Source: Candidatus Methylomirabilia bacterium
GTDB lineage: Bacteria > Methylomirabilota > Methylomirabilia > Rokubacteriales > CSP1-6
Reading direction: 5' to 3'
Assembly (NCBI GenBank): GCA_041497895.1
Contig: JBGQHJ010000148.1
Span: 1 to 12,012 of the forward strand
Length of the DNA stretch: 12,012 bases
A program made the translations under genes and the position numbers. Of this stretch, positions 1 to 8,330 are shown piece after piece (position 1 is the stretch's first letter; each line of letters starts with the position of its first letter). The notes beneath the pieces are model-generated. The model was not told where the DNA came from. It searched no databases and saw only the letters and a program-made list of their open reading frames with translations.

Positions 1-104
1 CTCAGCGACGCGAGCGCGATCACGACCACCGGCAGCATCAGGAAGGCGAACACCAGGGCGACCCACGCCCGTAGAAGCCACCCGCGCACCCGGGACGCGT
101 TCAC
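1..104 (-). CDS. ABC transporter permease, PotC-like (5' end only; runs off the window)
   Basis: Manual translation from GTG at 104, which overlaps the upstream TGA in GTGA (101-104), gives MNASRVRGWLLRAWVALVFAFLMLPVVVIALASL. This is a typical first TM helix (F-L-x-L-P-x-x-V-I-x-x-x-S) of the second permease in PotABCD-type operons. Not listed in the ORF track. Confidence 0.8.
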   Translation of the reverse strand, partial: MNASRVRGWLLRAWVALVFAFLMLPVVVIALASL

Positions 105-942
105 GCGCGCGCTCCGGTGCGCCGGGCGAGGCGCCCGGAGAGGTAGACCAGCGCCAGCACCATCAGGGTGAGCAACAGCGCCTGGGCGGAGCCCGCCGGC
201 CAGTTGAGGCGCTGGAGGAACTCGTCGTAGATGAGGGTGGCCATCACCTGGTAGGTCGGCCCGCCGAGCAGGCGCGGGGTCACGAGCGCGCTGATCGTGA
301 GCACGAAGACCAGGATCGAGCCCGAGAGGATCCCGGGCGCCGAGAGCGGCAGCGTGATGCGGCAGAACGTGCTGGCCCAGGAAGCGCCCAGCACCCGCGC
401 GGCGTCCTCGACGTCGCGCGGGATGTTCTGGATGGCCCCGATCAGCACCAGCACCATGAACGGCAGGAAGATGTGGGTCATCGCGATCAGGAGCCCGGCG
501 AAGTTGAAGAGCAGCTTCACCGGCGAGTCCACCAGCCCGAGCGCGCGCAGGGCCTGGTTCACCAGCCCGTTCTGGGCGAGCAGGGCGATCCAGCCGAACG
601 TGCGCACCACCAGGTTCAGCATGAGGGGAAAGACCACCAGGATGGTCAGCCAGCTCCGCCAGCGCGACGGGGTGCGCGCCAGGAAGAGAGCTACCGGGTA
701 GCCGATGACCAGGGTGGAGAGCGTGACCGTGAAGCCGAGCGCCAGGGTCCGGCCGATGATCTCGAGGTAGTAGGAGTCGGTCAGGAGCTTCGTGTAATAG
801 CGCACCGTGAAGCCGTCGGTGATGCCCACCAGCGGGACGTACGGCCGGAAGCTCATCGGCACCATCATCCCCACCGGCACCACGAAGGCGACCAGCAGGA
901 GCAGGAGCGCCGGCGCCAGCAGCCACCAGCCGGATCGGGATC

Positions 943-946
<4 letters not shown>
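101..946 (-). CDS. ABC transporter permease, PotB-like (281 aa)
   Basis: Multiple TM segments, NLVVRTFGW motif, EAA loop VEDAARVLGASWASTFCRITLPL, TPRLLGG and NWPAGSA. The start is likely GTG at 946, overlapping the ATPase stop (GTGA 943-946), rather than the ORF-track start at 1006. Confidence 0.92.
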
Positions 947-2061
<1,115 letters not shown>

Positions 2062-2089
2062 CGCCGGCGCCGCGCGCCCCGCCCGGAGG

Positions 2090-3112
2090 TCACCGCGCGA
2101 TCTCGCGCCCCCAGCGCTCCGACCACTCCGGGAACTTCTTCGCCACGAGATCGGTGTCGGGGAAGAACATGCGCTGCACGAGCGGCCCGTAGGGCAGGAG
2201 CTTGGCCAGGTCGGCCGGAAGCTGGACCTTCTTGTTGGTGGGCCCGGCGAACTGCGACTGCGCGAAGCAGACCTGGCCCTCCGGCGAGAGGAGCACCGAG
2301 ATGTACTTCTGCGCGAGCTCCCGCTTCTGGCTGCCCTTGGGCACCGACACCGTGGGCACGATGCCGATCGCGCCCTCGCTCGGGTAGGCCGCCGCCACCG
2401 GCACGCCCTTCAGCGCGGCCGCGCCGGTCCGGTCCGTGTACCACACCGCCAATGAGATGTCGCCGCGCTCGAAGAGCGGGATGATCTGGTCCGGCTGCGT
2501 GTACATCATCTGGATGTTGGGCTTGAGCTTCTTGATCGCCTCGAAGCCCGGCTCGATGTTCTCGACCGAGCCGCCGTTCAGGCGCGCCGCCGCCATCAGG
2601 AACTGCTGGCCCGAGGTGCCGGAGATGTCCGGGATGGCCAGCTTGCCCTTCCATTCCGGCTTCCAGAGGTCGGCCCACGAGGTGGGCGGCGTCTTCACGA
2701 GATTCGTGTTGTAGGTGATGATGGTGCCGGCGAACATCATCGAGACCCAGTACGCGTCCTTGTCCCGGGAGGCGTCGTAGAGGTCGTTCCAGTGCTCGAT
2801 CCGGGCGGGCTCGAGCGGCTGCAGCAGCCCCTCCGCCTTCGCCTGCTTGACGATCTGGCTGTCCATGTACGCGACGTCGAACTCGGCCCGGGCCCCGGCC
2901 GCGCGCAGCTTGGCCGCGGTCTGCACCGAGCTGCCGAGCACGTACTTGACGGTGGCCCCGGTCGCCTTCTCGAACGGGGCGGCGTGGCACTTCTTCGAGT
3001 TGTCGACGAAGGTCCCGCCGAAGGTCGCCACCACCAGCTCCTCGGCGGAGGCGGGCCACACGAGGCCGACGGAGAGCAGGCACATCAGCACGGTCGCTCG
3101 GAGCATGGTCAT
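2090..3112 (-). CDS. ABC transporter substrate-binding protein, PotD/PotF-like family (340 aa)
   Basis: ATG at 3112 is preceded by a GAGGA RBS. Sec signal peptide MTMLRATVLMCLLSVGLVWPASA|EE. Family motifs LVVATFGG, PFEKATG, PPTSWADLWKPEWKGK, YPSEG and LLSPEGQ. The ligand cannot be determined from the sequence. Confidence 0.92.
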   Translation of the reverse strand: MTMLRATVLMCLLSVGLVWPASAEELVVATFGGTFVDNSKKCHAAPFEKATGATVKYVLGSSVQTAAKLRAAGARAEFDVAYMDSQIVKQAKAEGLLQPLEPARIEHWNDLYDASRDKDAYWVSMMFAGTIITYNTNLVKTPPTSWADLWKPEWKGKLAIPDISGTSGQQFLMAAARLNGGSVENIEPGFEAIKKLKPNIQMMYTQPDQIIPLFERGDISLAVWYTDRTGAAALKGVPVAAAYPSEGAIGIVPTVSVPKGSQKRELAQKYISVLLSPEGQVCFAQSQFAGPTNKKVQLPADLAKLLPYGPLVQRMFFPDTDLVAKKFPEWSERWGREIAR

Positions 3113-3146
3113 GATCGCTGGTCCTCTCGGGGTACGGGGTGGCGCG

Positions 3147-3175
3147 ATTATTCCCGAGGCGCGCCGGGCAGTCAA
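3147..3175 (-). promoter_or_regulatory. Putative sigma70 promoter for the Pot-type operon
   Basis: On the minus strand: TTGACT (3175-3170), 17 bp, then AATAAT (3152-3147), about 35 bp upstream of the ATG at 3112. The AT-rich hexamer stands out in this GC-rich background. Confidence 0.65.
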
Positions 3176-3178
3176 CCC

Positions 3179-3207
3179 TTGACGCCTCCGCTCCCGCGGG
3201 CGAGTAT
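3179..3207 (+). promoter_or_regulatory. Putative sigma70 promoter for the Dpp-type operon
   Basis: TTGACG (3179-3184), 17 bp, then GAGTAT (3202-3207; keeps A2 and T6 of the -10 consensus). RBS GGAGGG at 3241-3246 precedes the ATG at 3251. Confidence 0.5.
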
Positions 3208-3250
3208 GGCGCTCGGCAGCTCACCGACACCCGAGAGACCGGAGGGCGGC

Positions 3251-4855
3251 ATGACCGACCGCACCGAGGATTCGATCCAGCTCCAGCTCGACCACACCCG
3301 GCGCACGTTCCTCGGAGCGGGAGCGCTCACGCTGCTGGGGCTCGCCGCGCCGACCGTGCGGCCCGCCGCGGCCCAGACCCCGAAGCGCGGCGGCACGCTG
3401 GTCGTCGCGGCGGACGTGAGCCCGCCCGGCCTCGACCCGCAGAAGTCCGCCGCGGCCCACAGCTGGATGATCGCGGAGCACGTCTACTCGACCCTGCTGC
3501 GCCGCGACCCGAAGATGAACATCGTCGGCGACCTCGCCGAGTCCTGGCAGGTGGTCAGCGACACCACGTTCGTGTTCAAGCTCCGGAAGGGCGTCGTGTG
3601 GCACCACGGGCGCGACCTGGTGGCCGACGACGTGAAGTACTCGTTCGAGCGGATGCTCGACGAGAAGACCGCGTCGCCCTGGCGCTCCAACTGGTCGATC
3701 ATCGACCGCGTCGAGGCGCCGGACCGGTCCACCGTGCGCTTCGTCATCAAGCGGCCGTTCGCCCCCTTCTTCTCGTACCTGGCCACGCCCCACTACGGGG
3801 CCATCGTCCCGCGCGACATCGTGGAGAAGAACGGAGACCTCCAGAAGGTCGCCTCCGGGACCGGGCCCTTCGTGCTCGAGCGGTTCGTCCCGGACAACAC
3901 CGTCGTCCTCAAGCGGAACCCGAGCTACTACGAGTCGGGGCTCCCCTACCTCGACGGGCTCGAGTACCGGAACATCCCGGACGAGGCGGCCCGCCTGGCC
4001 GCCCTGCGCGCGGGCACCGTCCACTACCTCTGGTCCGTCGACCCGCTCATCGACCGGCAGCTCCAGGGCGCGGCCGGCGTCGCGCTCCGCGAGCCGGACG
4101 GCTACTGCGCCCAGCACGGCATGGCCTTCAACCAGACCAAGGCGCCCTTCACCGACGTGCGCGTCCGGCGGGCGGTCAGCGTGGGCATCAACCGGGGCGA
4201 GATCATCGCGAGCGTCCTGCGCGGCCACGGGGCCATCACCACCAAGATCCCGCCGTGCGACGCGCCCTTCGGCTACAGCGGCGACGAGAAGGGCCTGCCG
4301 TACTACGCCCACGATGCCGCCCTGTCGAAGCGCCTGCTCGCCGAGGCGGGCTTCGCGGGCGGCCTCGACACCACGCTCGAGGTGTCGCCCCGCTTCCCCC
4401 AGACCGTGCGCACCGGTGAGGTCATGAAGGAGCAGCTCGCGGGAGCCGCCATCCGCGTGACCCTCAAGCAGGTCGAGTGGGGAGCGGCGATCAAGAACTT
4501 CGTCCGCACCGAGTACGACGGCATGAGCATGATCCCGCTGGTGTGGCAGCCCGACCCCGACGCCCACGTCTACGACATCTTCCACAGCGGGTCGGCCATC
4601 AACCTGGGCAAGTTCAAGGACGCGCAGGTCGACCAGCTCCTCGACCAGGGCCGCACCACCCTCGATCGCGACAAGCGGATCGCCATCTACCGGGAGCTGC
4701 AGCGGCACATGGCGGACCAGGCGTACCTGATCTTCCCCTACGCCTCCGGCGCGACCGAGGCCCTCCGCGACACGGTCAAGGGCTACGTCTCCATCCCCGG
4801 GGCGCAGCCGGGCAGCCGCAGCCGGCAGTTCTTCAAGCAGACGTGGCTCGGCTGA
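3251..4855 (+). CDS. ABC transporter substrate-binding protein, family 5 (DppA/OppA/NikA-like), Tat-exported (534 aa)
   Basis: ATG at 3251 follows GGAGGG. Twin-arginine motif TRRTFL, hydrophobic stretch and AAA|Q cleavage site. Family-5 motifs PKRGGTL, LDP, GDLAESW, FKLRKGVVWHHG, DVKYSFER, GTGPF, RNPSYY and PFTDVRVRRA. Confidence 0.95.
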   Translation: MTDRTEDSIQLQLDHTRRTFLGAGALTLLGLAAPTVRPAAAQTPKRGGTLVVAADVSPPGLDPQKSAAAHSWMIAEHVYSTLLRRDPKMNIVGDLAESWQVVSDTTFVFKLRKGVVWHHGRDLVADDVKYSFERMLDEKTASPWRSNWSIIDRVEAPDRSTVRFVIKRPFAPFFSYLATPHYGAIVPRDIVEKNGDLQKVASGTGPFVLERFVPDNTVVLKRNPSYYESGLPYLDGLEYRNIPDEAARLAALRAGTVHYLWSVDPLIDRQLQGAAGVALREPDGYCAQHGMAFNQTKAPFTDVRVRRAVSVGINRGEIIASVLRGHGAITTKIPPCDAPFGYSGDEKGLPYYAHDAALSKRLLAEAGFAGGLDTTLEVSPRFPQTVRTGEVMKEQLAGAAIRVTLKQVEWGAAIKNFVRTEYDGMSMIPLVWQPDPDAHVYDIFHSGSAINLGKFKDAQVDQLLDQGRTTLDRDKRIAIYRELQRHMADQAYLIFPYASGATEALRDTVKGYVSIPGAQPGSRSRQFFKQTWLG

Positions 4856-4886
4856 CGCGCGGGCGCGTCCACGCGCCGGGGAGCGG

Positions 4887-5837
4887 ATGACCGCCTACAT
4901 CTCCAAGCGGCTGCTCCTGCTGATCCCGACGCTGCTCGGGGTGTCGGTGCTCACCTTCCTGCTGATCCACCTGATCCCGGGCGACCTCGTGACCATCCTG
5001 CTCGGGATCACCGCGAGCCAGAACGAGCAGACGCGGCAGGCGCTGGTCCACACGCTGCACCTGGACCGGCCGCTCGCGGTGCAGTACGTGCTGTGGCTCG
5101 GCGACGTGCTGCGGGGCGACCTCGGCCACTCCCTGGTCACCGGGTTCTCGGTGCGCGACGAGCTGGCCCGGAGCTACCCGGTGACGCTCCAGCTCGCGCT
5201 GATGGCGATGTCCATCGCGCTCGCGGTCGGCATCCCGCTCGGCGTCCTCGCGGCGACCCGGGCCGGGCGCGTCCTCGACGCCTCCACCCGGGTGTTCTCG
5301 CTGCTCTTCATCTCGGCGCCCGCGTTCTTCATCGGCACGGTGGTGATCATCGGGGGCGCGCGCTACGCGCCCTGGCTGCCCACCCTGGGCCACGTGCCGT
5401 TCACCGAGAGCCCGGCCCGGAGCGTGGGGACCATGCTGCCGGCGGCGGCCTCGCTGGGCCTCGCCATCTCCGCGATCATCGCGCGCTTCACGCGCAGCAG
5501 CATGCTCGAGGTGCTCGGCCAGGACTTCGTCCGCACCGCCCGCGCCAAGGGCGTGGCCGACCGCGCGGTCGTCTACAAGCACGCGCTCCGCAACGCCCTG
5601 ATCCCGGTGGTGGCCATGGCCGGCACCCAGTTCGTCTACCTCATCGGCGGGGCGGTCATCATCGAGGAGGTCTTCGCGCTGCCCGGCATGGGACGCGTGG
5701 TCGTCAACGCGATCTATCAGCGGGACTACACGATGATCCAGGGCGCGGTCCTGCTGCTGACCTCCGCGGCGGTGCTCGTCAACCTGGCCCTCGATCTCGT
5801 GTATCGCCTGATCGATCGCCGGATCCTGTACACGTGA
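4887..5837 (+). CDS. ABC transporter permease, DppB/OppB-like (316 aa)
   Basis: YISKRLL...IPGD, LDRPLAVQY, GDLGHS, RSSMLEVLGQDFVRTARAKG, KHALRNALIP, EEVFALPGMG and RDYTMIQG. Confidence 0.96.
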   Translation: MTAYISKRLLLLIPTLLGVSVLTFLLIHLIPGDLVTILLGITASQNEQTRQALVHTLHLDRPLAVQYVLWLGDVLRGDLGHSLVTGFSVRDELARSYPVTLQLALMAMSIALAVGIPLGVLAATRAGRVLDASTRVFSLLFISAPAFFIGTVVIIGGARYAPWLPTLGHVPFTESPARSVGTMLPAAASLGLAISAIIARFTRSSMLEVLGQDFVRTARAKGVADRAVVYKHALRNALIPVVAMAGTQFVYLIGGAVIIEEVFALPGMGRVVVNAIYQRDYTMIQGAVLLLTSAAVLVNLALDLVYRLIDRRILYT

Positions 5838-6709
5838 GCGGCGAGGCCGGCGCCGCGGTGCGCCCGCGGCGGGTGCCCCGGGCGCTGCGGAGCGGATCGT
5901 TCCTGTTCGGCGGGCTCATCGTCGCCGCCCTCCTGGTCGCGGCGCTGGCCGCGCCGTGGCTCGCCCCCTACGCGCCCACCGCGATCTTCCCGGGCGCGGA
6001 GATCCGGCCGCCGGACCTCCGCTTCTGGCTCGGCACGGACGAGGTGGGCCGCGACATCCTGAGCCGCGTCCTCTACGGCAGCCGTGTGTCGCTCGGAGTC
6101 GCGATCCCGTCGGTGGCGCTGGCGGTGCTCGCCGGGACCACCGTGGGGGTGGGCCTCGGCTACTGGGGCGGCGCGCCGGACCTGCTCGCCATGCGGGTCT
6201 TCGACGTGCTCTTCGCCTTCCCCCCGATCCTCCTCGCCATCGCCCTGGTCGCGGCGCTTGGCCCGAGCACGCTCAATCTCGTGCTCACGATCGCGGTGCT
6301 GACGCTCCCGCAGTTCGCGATGCTCACCCGGAGCGCGACCCTCGCGCTCAAGCCGCAGGACTTCGTCCAGGCCGCCCGCGCGCTCGGGGCCTCCCACGGG
6401 CGCATCCTCGGCGCCCACGTGCTGCCCAACATCACGCCCACTCTCGCGGTCCAGACGAGCTTGAGCCTCTCGATCGTCATCCTGGTCGAGGCGGCGCTCA
6501 GCTTCCTCGGGCTCGGCACCCAGCCGCCCGCGCCGAGCTGGGGCAGCATGCTGAGCCGCGGGCGCCAGTACATGACCATCGCCCCGTGGCTGGTGCTGGC
6601 CCCGGGCCTGGCCATCATGCTCGCGGTGCTCGGCTTCAACCTGCTCGGGGACGCCCAGCGCGATCTCCTGGATCCGCGCCGGGCGAGCGCGGGAGGAAGG
6701 AACCCATGA
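5834..6709 (+). CDS. ABC transporter permease, DppC/OppC-like (291 aa)
   Basis: GTG at 5834 overlaps the upstream TGA. Motifs LAPYAP, WLGTDEVGRDILSRVLYGSRVSL, DFVQAARALGAS, HVLPN and EAALSFLGLGTQPPAPSWG. This is the C-terminal part of track ORF 5093..6709. Confidence 0.95.
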   Translation: MSGEAGAAVRPRRVPRALRSGSFLFGGLIVAALLVAALAAPWLAPYAPTAIFPGAEIRPPDLRFWLGTDEVGRDILSRVLYGSRVSLGVAIPSVALAVLAGTTVGVGLGYWGGAPDLLAMRVFDVLFAFPPILLAIALVAALGPSTLNLVLTIAVLTLPQFAMLTRSATLALKPQDFVQAARALGASHGRILGAHVLPNITPTLAVQTSLSLSIVILVEAALSFLGLGTQPPAPSWGSMLSRGRQYMTIAPWLVLAPGLAIMLAVLGFNLLGDAQRDLLDPRRASAGGRNP

Positions 6710-7545
6710 GACCAACCGTGCGGATCGCGGCCGTCCAGGCGCGGCCGGTGTCGGAGCTCTTCGAGGACATGTGGAACGCGGGCGACGTGGCCCACGCGGT
6801 CGACCTGCTCGAGACGGCGGCCCGGGGCGGCGCCGCCTGCGTCTGCTTCCCCGAGCTGTACCCGCGCGTGGGCGAGGCCGAGATCCGCGCGGCGGCGCGG
6901 CGCCTGGGCATCTTCGTGGTGGCCGGCCTGATCGAGGGCACCCGGGCGAGCTGGCACAACACCGCGACGGTGATCGGGCCCGACGGCGGCATCCTCGGCC
7001 GGCAGCCGAAGTGCTTCCCGACGCAGAACGAGATCGACAACGGGGTGGTGGCCGGCAAGGGCTACCGCGTGATCGAGACCGACATCGGCCGGCTGGGCAT
7101 CGTGATCTGCGCCGACTTCGCCTTCTTCTCCGAGGGCATCGAGTCGCTCGTCGAGCAGGATGTGGACATCGTCTTCAACCCCTCGTGGTGGTTCGCCCTC
7201 GGCGAGGCGTATCCGGCCACCGTGATCGGCCGCCACATGCACTACGGCAAGCCGGTGATCGGCGTCGACATCGCCGCGTGCGCGCTCCGGCTCCGCGACG
7301 CCGACGGCCGCCTGGTGGAGCGGTTCCCCCGCGCCGGCGGCTATAGCACGGTGTGCGTGCCCCCGCCCATCGCGTCGCTGCCGGAGCTGGCGGGGTGGTT
7401 CCGGACCAAGGCCGGCGGCACCAACTCGGCGGAGGGCTTCATCCAGAGCCTGGGGGAGGACGAGGGCATCCTCTACGCCGACGTCGACCTCGCGGCCGTC
7501 CGGCGATTCCCCGGGTACTTCTACCGCAGCACGACGAGTGCCTGA
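6706..7545 (+). CDS. Carbon-nitrogen hydrolase (nitrilase/amidase superfamily) (279 aa)
   Basis: ATG at 6706 overlaps the permease stop (ATGA) and follows the purine-rich GGAGGAAGG. Motifs RIAAVQ, catalytic Glu in CFPEL, HNTATVIGPDG, Lys in QPKCFP, Cys nucleophile in GIVICAD, and C-terminal EGILYADVDL. Confidence 0.92.
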   Translation: MRPTVRIAAVQARPVSELFEDMWNAGDVAHAVDLLETAARGGAACVCFPELYPRVGEAEIRAAARRLGIFVVAGLIEGTRASWHNTATVIGPDGGILGRQPKCFPTQNEIDNGVVAGKGYRVIETDIGRLGIVICADFAFFSEGIESLVEQDVDIVFNPSWWFALGEAYPATVIGRHMHYGKPVIGVDIAACALRLRDADGRLVERFPRAGGYSTVCVPPPIASLPELAGWFRTKAGGTNSAEGFIQSLGEDEGILYADVDLAAVRRFPGYFYRSTTSA

Positions 7546-7564
7546 GTCGGGTACGATCGCCCCT

Positions 7565-7852
7565 GTGGACGCCCAGCAGCTCCTCGACGAGCTGGTTCAG
7601 GCCGCGCGGCGGCTCGGCGTCGAGGTCCGGACGGAGCCCTTCGAGACGCCGGCCGTGATGGCCGGCGGGCTCTGCGTCGTGCGGGGCGCGCACCTCGTGC
7701 TGATCGACCAGCGCGCGCCCCTGGTCGATCGTCTCCGCGCCCTCGCGCGGGCCCTCGGCGACCTGGCGAGCGAGGCGGTCTACATGGCCCCCGAAGCCCG
7801 CGAGCTGATCGACCGCGCGCGCCCCGGGAGGCGCCTCACCCCGTCAGGGTGA
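7565..7852 (+). CDS. Small hypothetical protein (95 aa) resembling the ImmA/IrrE peptidase N-domain but lacking HEXXH
   Basis: Codon usage is typical for the region. GTG at 7565 lies 7 bp after a TACGAT -10-like hexamer (7552-7557). Pattern ARRLGVEVR...GGLC...LVLID...RLRALARALG...YMAPEARELID. Confidence 0.75.
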   Translation: MDAQQLLDELVQAARRLGVEVRTEPFETPAVMAGGLCVVRGAHLVLIDQRAPLVDRLRALARALGDLASEAVYMAPEARELIDRARPGRRLTPSG

Positions 7853-8173
7853 TTGCGGCGCGCCGGTCTGGACCGGAGTGGGCGCCGGGCCCGTGAGCGT
7901 CGGGCGGCACTCGTAGATCCGGTCGCCGACCGTGCGCTGCAGGGTGTCGTCCGCCCCGATCCGCCGCATGAGGTCGAGGGTTCGGGTCACCCACCGCTTC
8001 CGCGACTGGACGGCGGCCTCGCACGCGGCCTTCGAGGCGTACGCGCGGCTCGCCTCCTCCCACGTGAAGCCGTTGACGGCCGAGCTCCTCCATATGACGT
8101 ACTCCTGCTCGTCCGTCGCGGCCATCACGATGATAACCACCACGATCGCCACCCGCCAGCAGCCAGCGACCAC
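7844..8173 (-). CDS. Small hypothetical secreted or membrane-anchored protein (109 aa)
   Basis: GGGAGG RBS 7 bp before the GTG at 8173. Hydrophobic N-terminus VAIVVVIIVMAA, then YVIW...W...Y.SKAAC...YECRP with two Cys in the mature part. This is the C-terminal half of track ORF 7844..8491. Confidence 0.7.
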   Translation of the reverse strand: MVAGCWRVAIVVVIIVMAATDEQEYVIWRSSAVNGFTWEEASRAYASKAACEAAVQSRKRWVTRTLDLMRRIGADDTLQRTVGDRIYECRPTLTGPAPTPVQTGAPQSP

Positions 8174-8193
8174 GCCCGTACCTCCCTGGGGGG

Positions 8194-8222
8194 GTAGTAA
8201 CACACCGGGGGAGAGCCGTCCA
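8194..8222 (-). promoter_or_regulatory. Possible promoter for the 8173 gene
   Basis: On the minus strand: TGGACG (8222-8217), 17 bp ending in TG-T, then TACTAC (8199-8194). Imperfect match. Confidence 0.35.
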
Positions 8223-8268
8223 CGGGAATGCCGGCTCGAAGCGAAGGTGGACCACACCCGGCCCGAGT

Positions 8269-8274
8269 TATGAT
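8269..8274 (+). promoter_or_regulatory. Putative -10 element for the ModA-like gene
   Basis: TATGAT about 57 bp upstream of the ATG at 8331, with RBS GGAGGA at 8318-8323. The -35 element is weak. Confidence 0.4.
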
Positions 8275-8330
8275 CCGGACCGGTCCCGGGCCCGGCAGCG
8301 CACTCTCGACGGATATCGGAGGAACCGACG

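Noticed and set aside
2792..3250. N-terminal extensions in the ORF track (2792 for the family-5 binding protein, 3175 for the PotD-like protein; likewise 5093, 5956, 8491, 10304, 10117)
   Set aside because: They overlap neighbouring genes or promoters. RBS, signal peptide and stop/start overlaps support the shorter starts. These are not fusions or frameshifts.
3221..4708. 495-aa minus-strand ORF and other antisense ORFs over the Dpp operon
   Set aside because: Antisense mirror of a strongly codon-biased gene with no recognisable domain.
4854..4869. GC hairpin GACGCGC-GG-GCGCGTC just after the binding-protein stop
   Set aside because: It could stabilise the mRNA, but it is short, has no U-tract and is expected by chance at this GC content. 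Not called a terminator.
8274..8296. Clustered CCGG palindromes (TCCGGACCGGTCCCGGGCCCGG) upstream of the ModA-like gene
   Set aside because: Short GC-only palindromes with no recognisable ModE box or riboswitch structure. Probably compositional.
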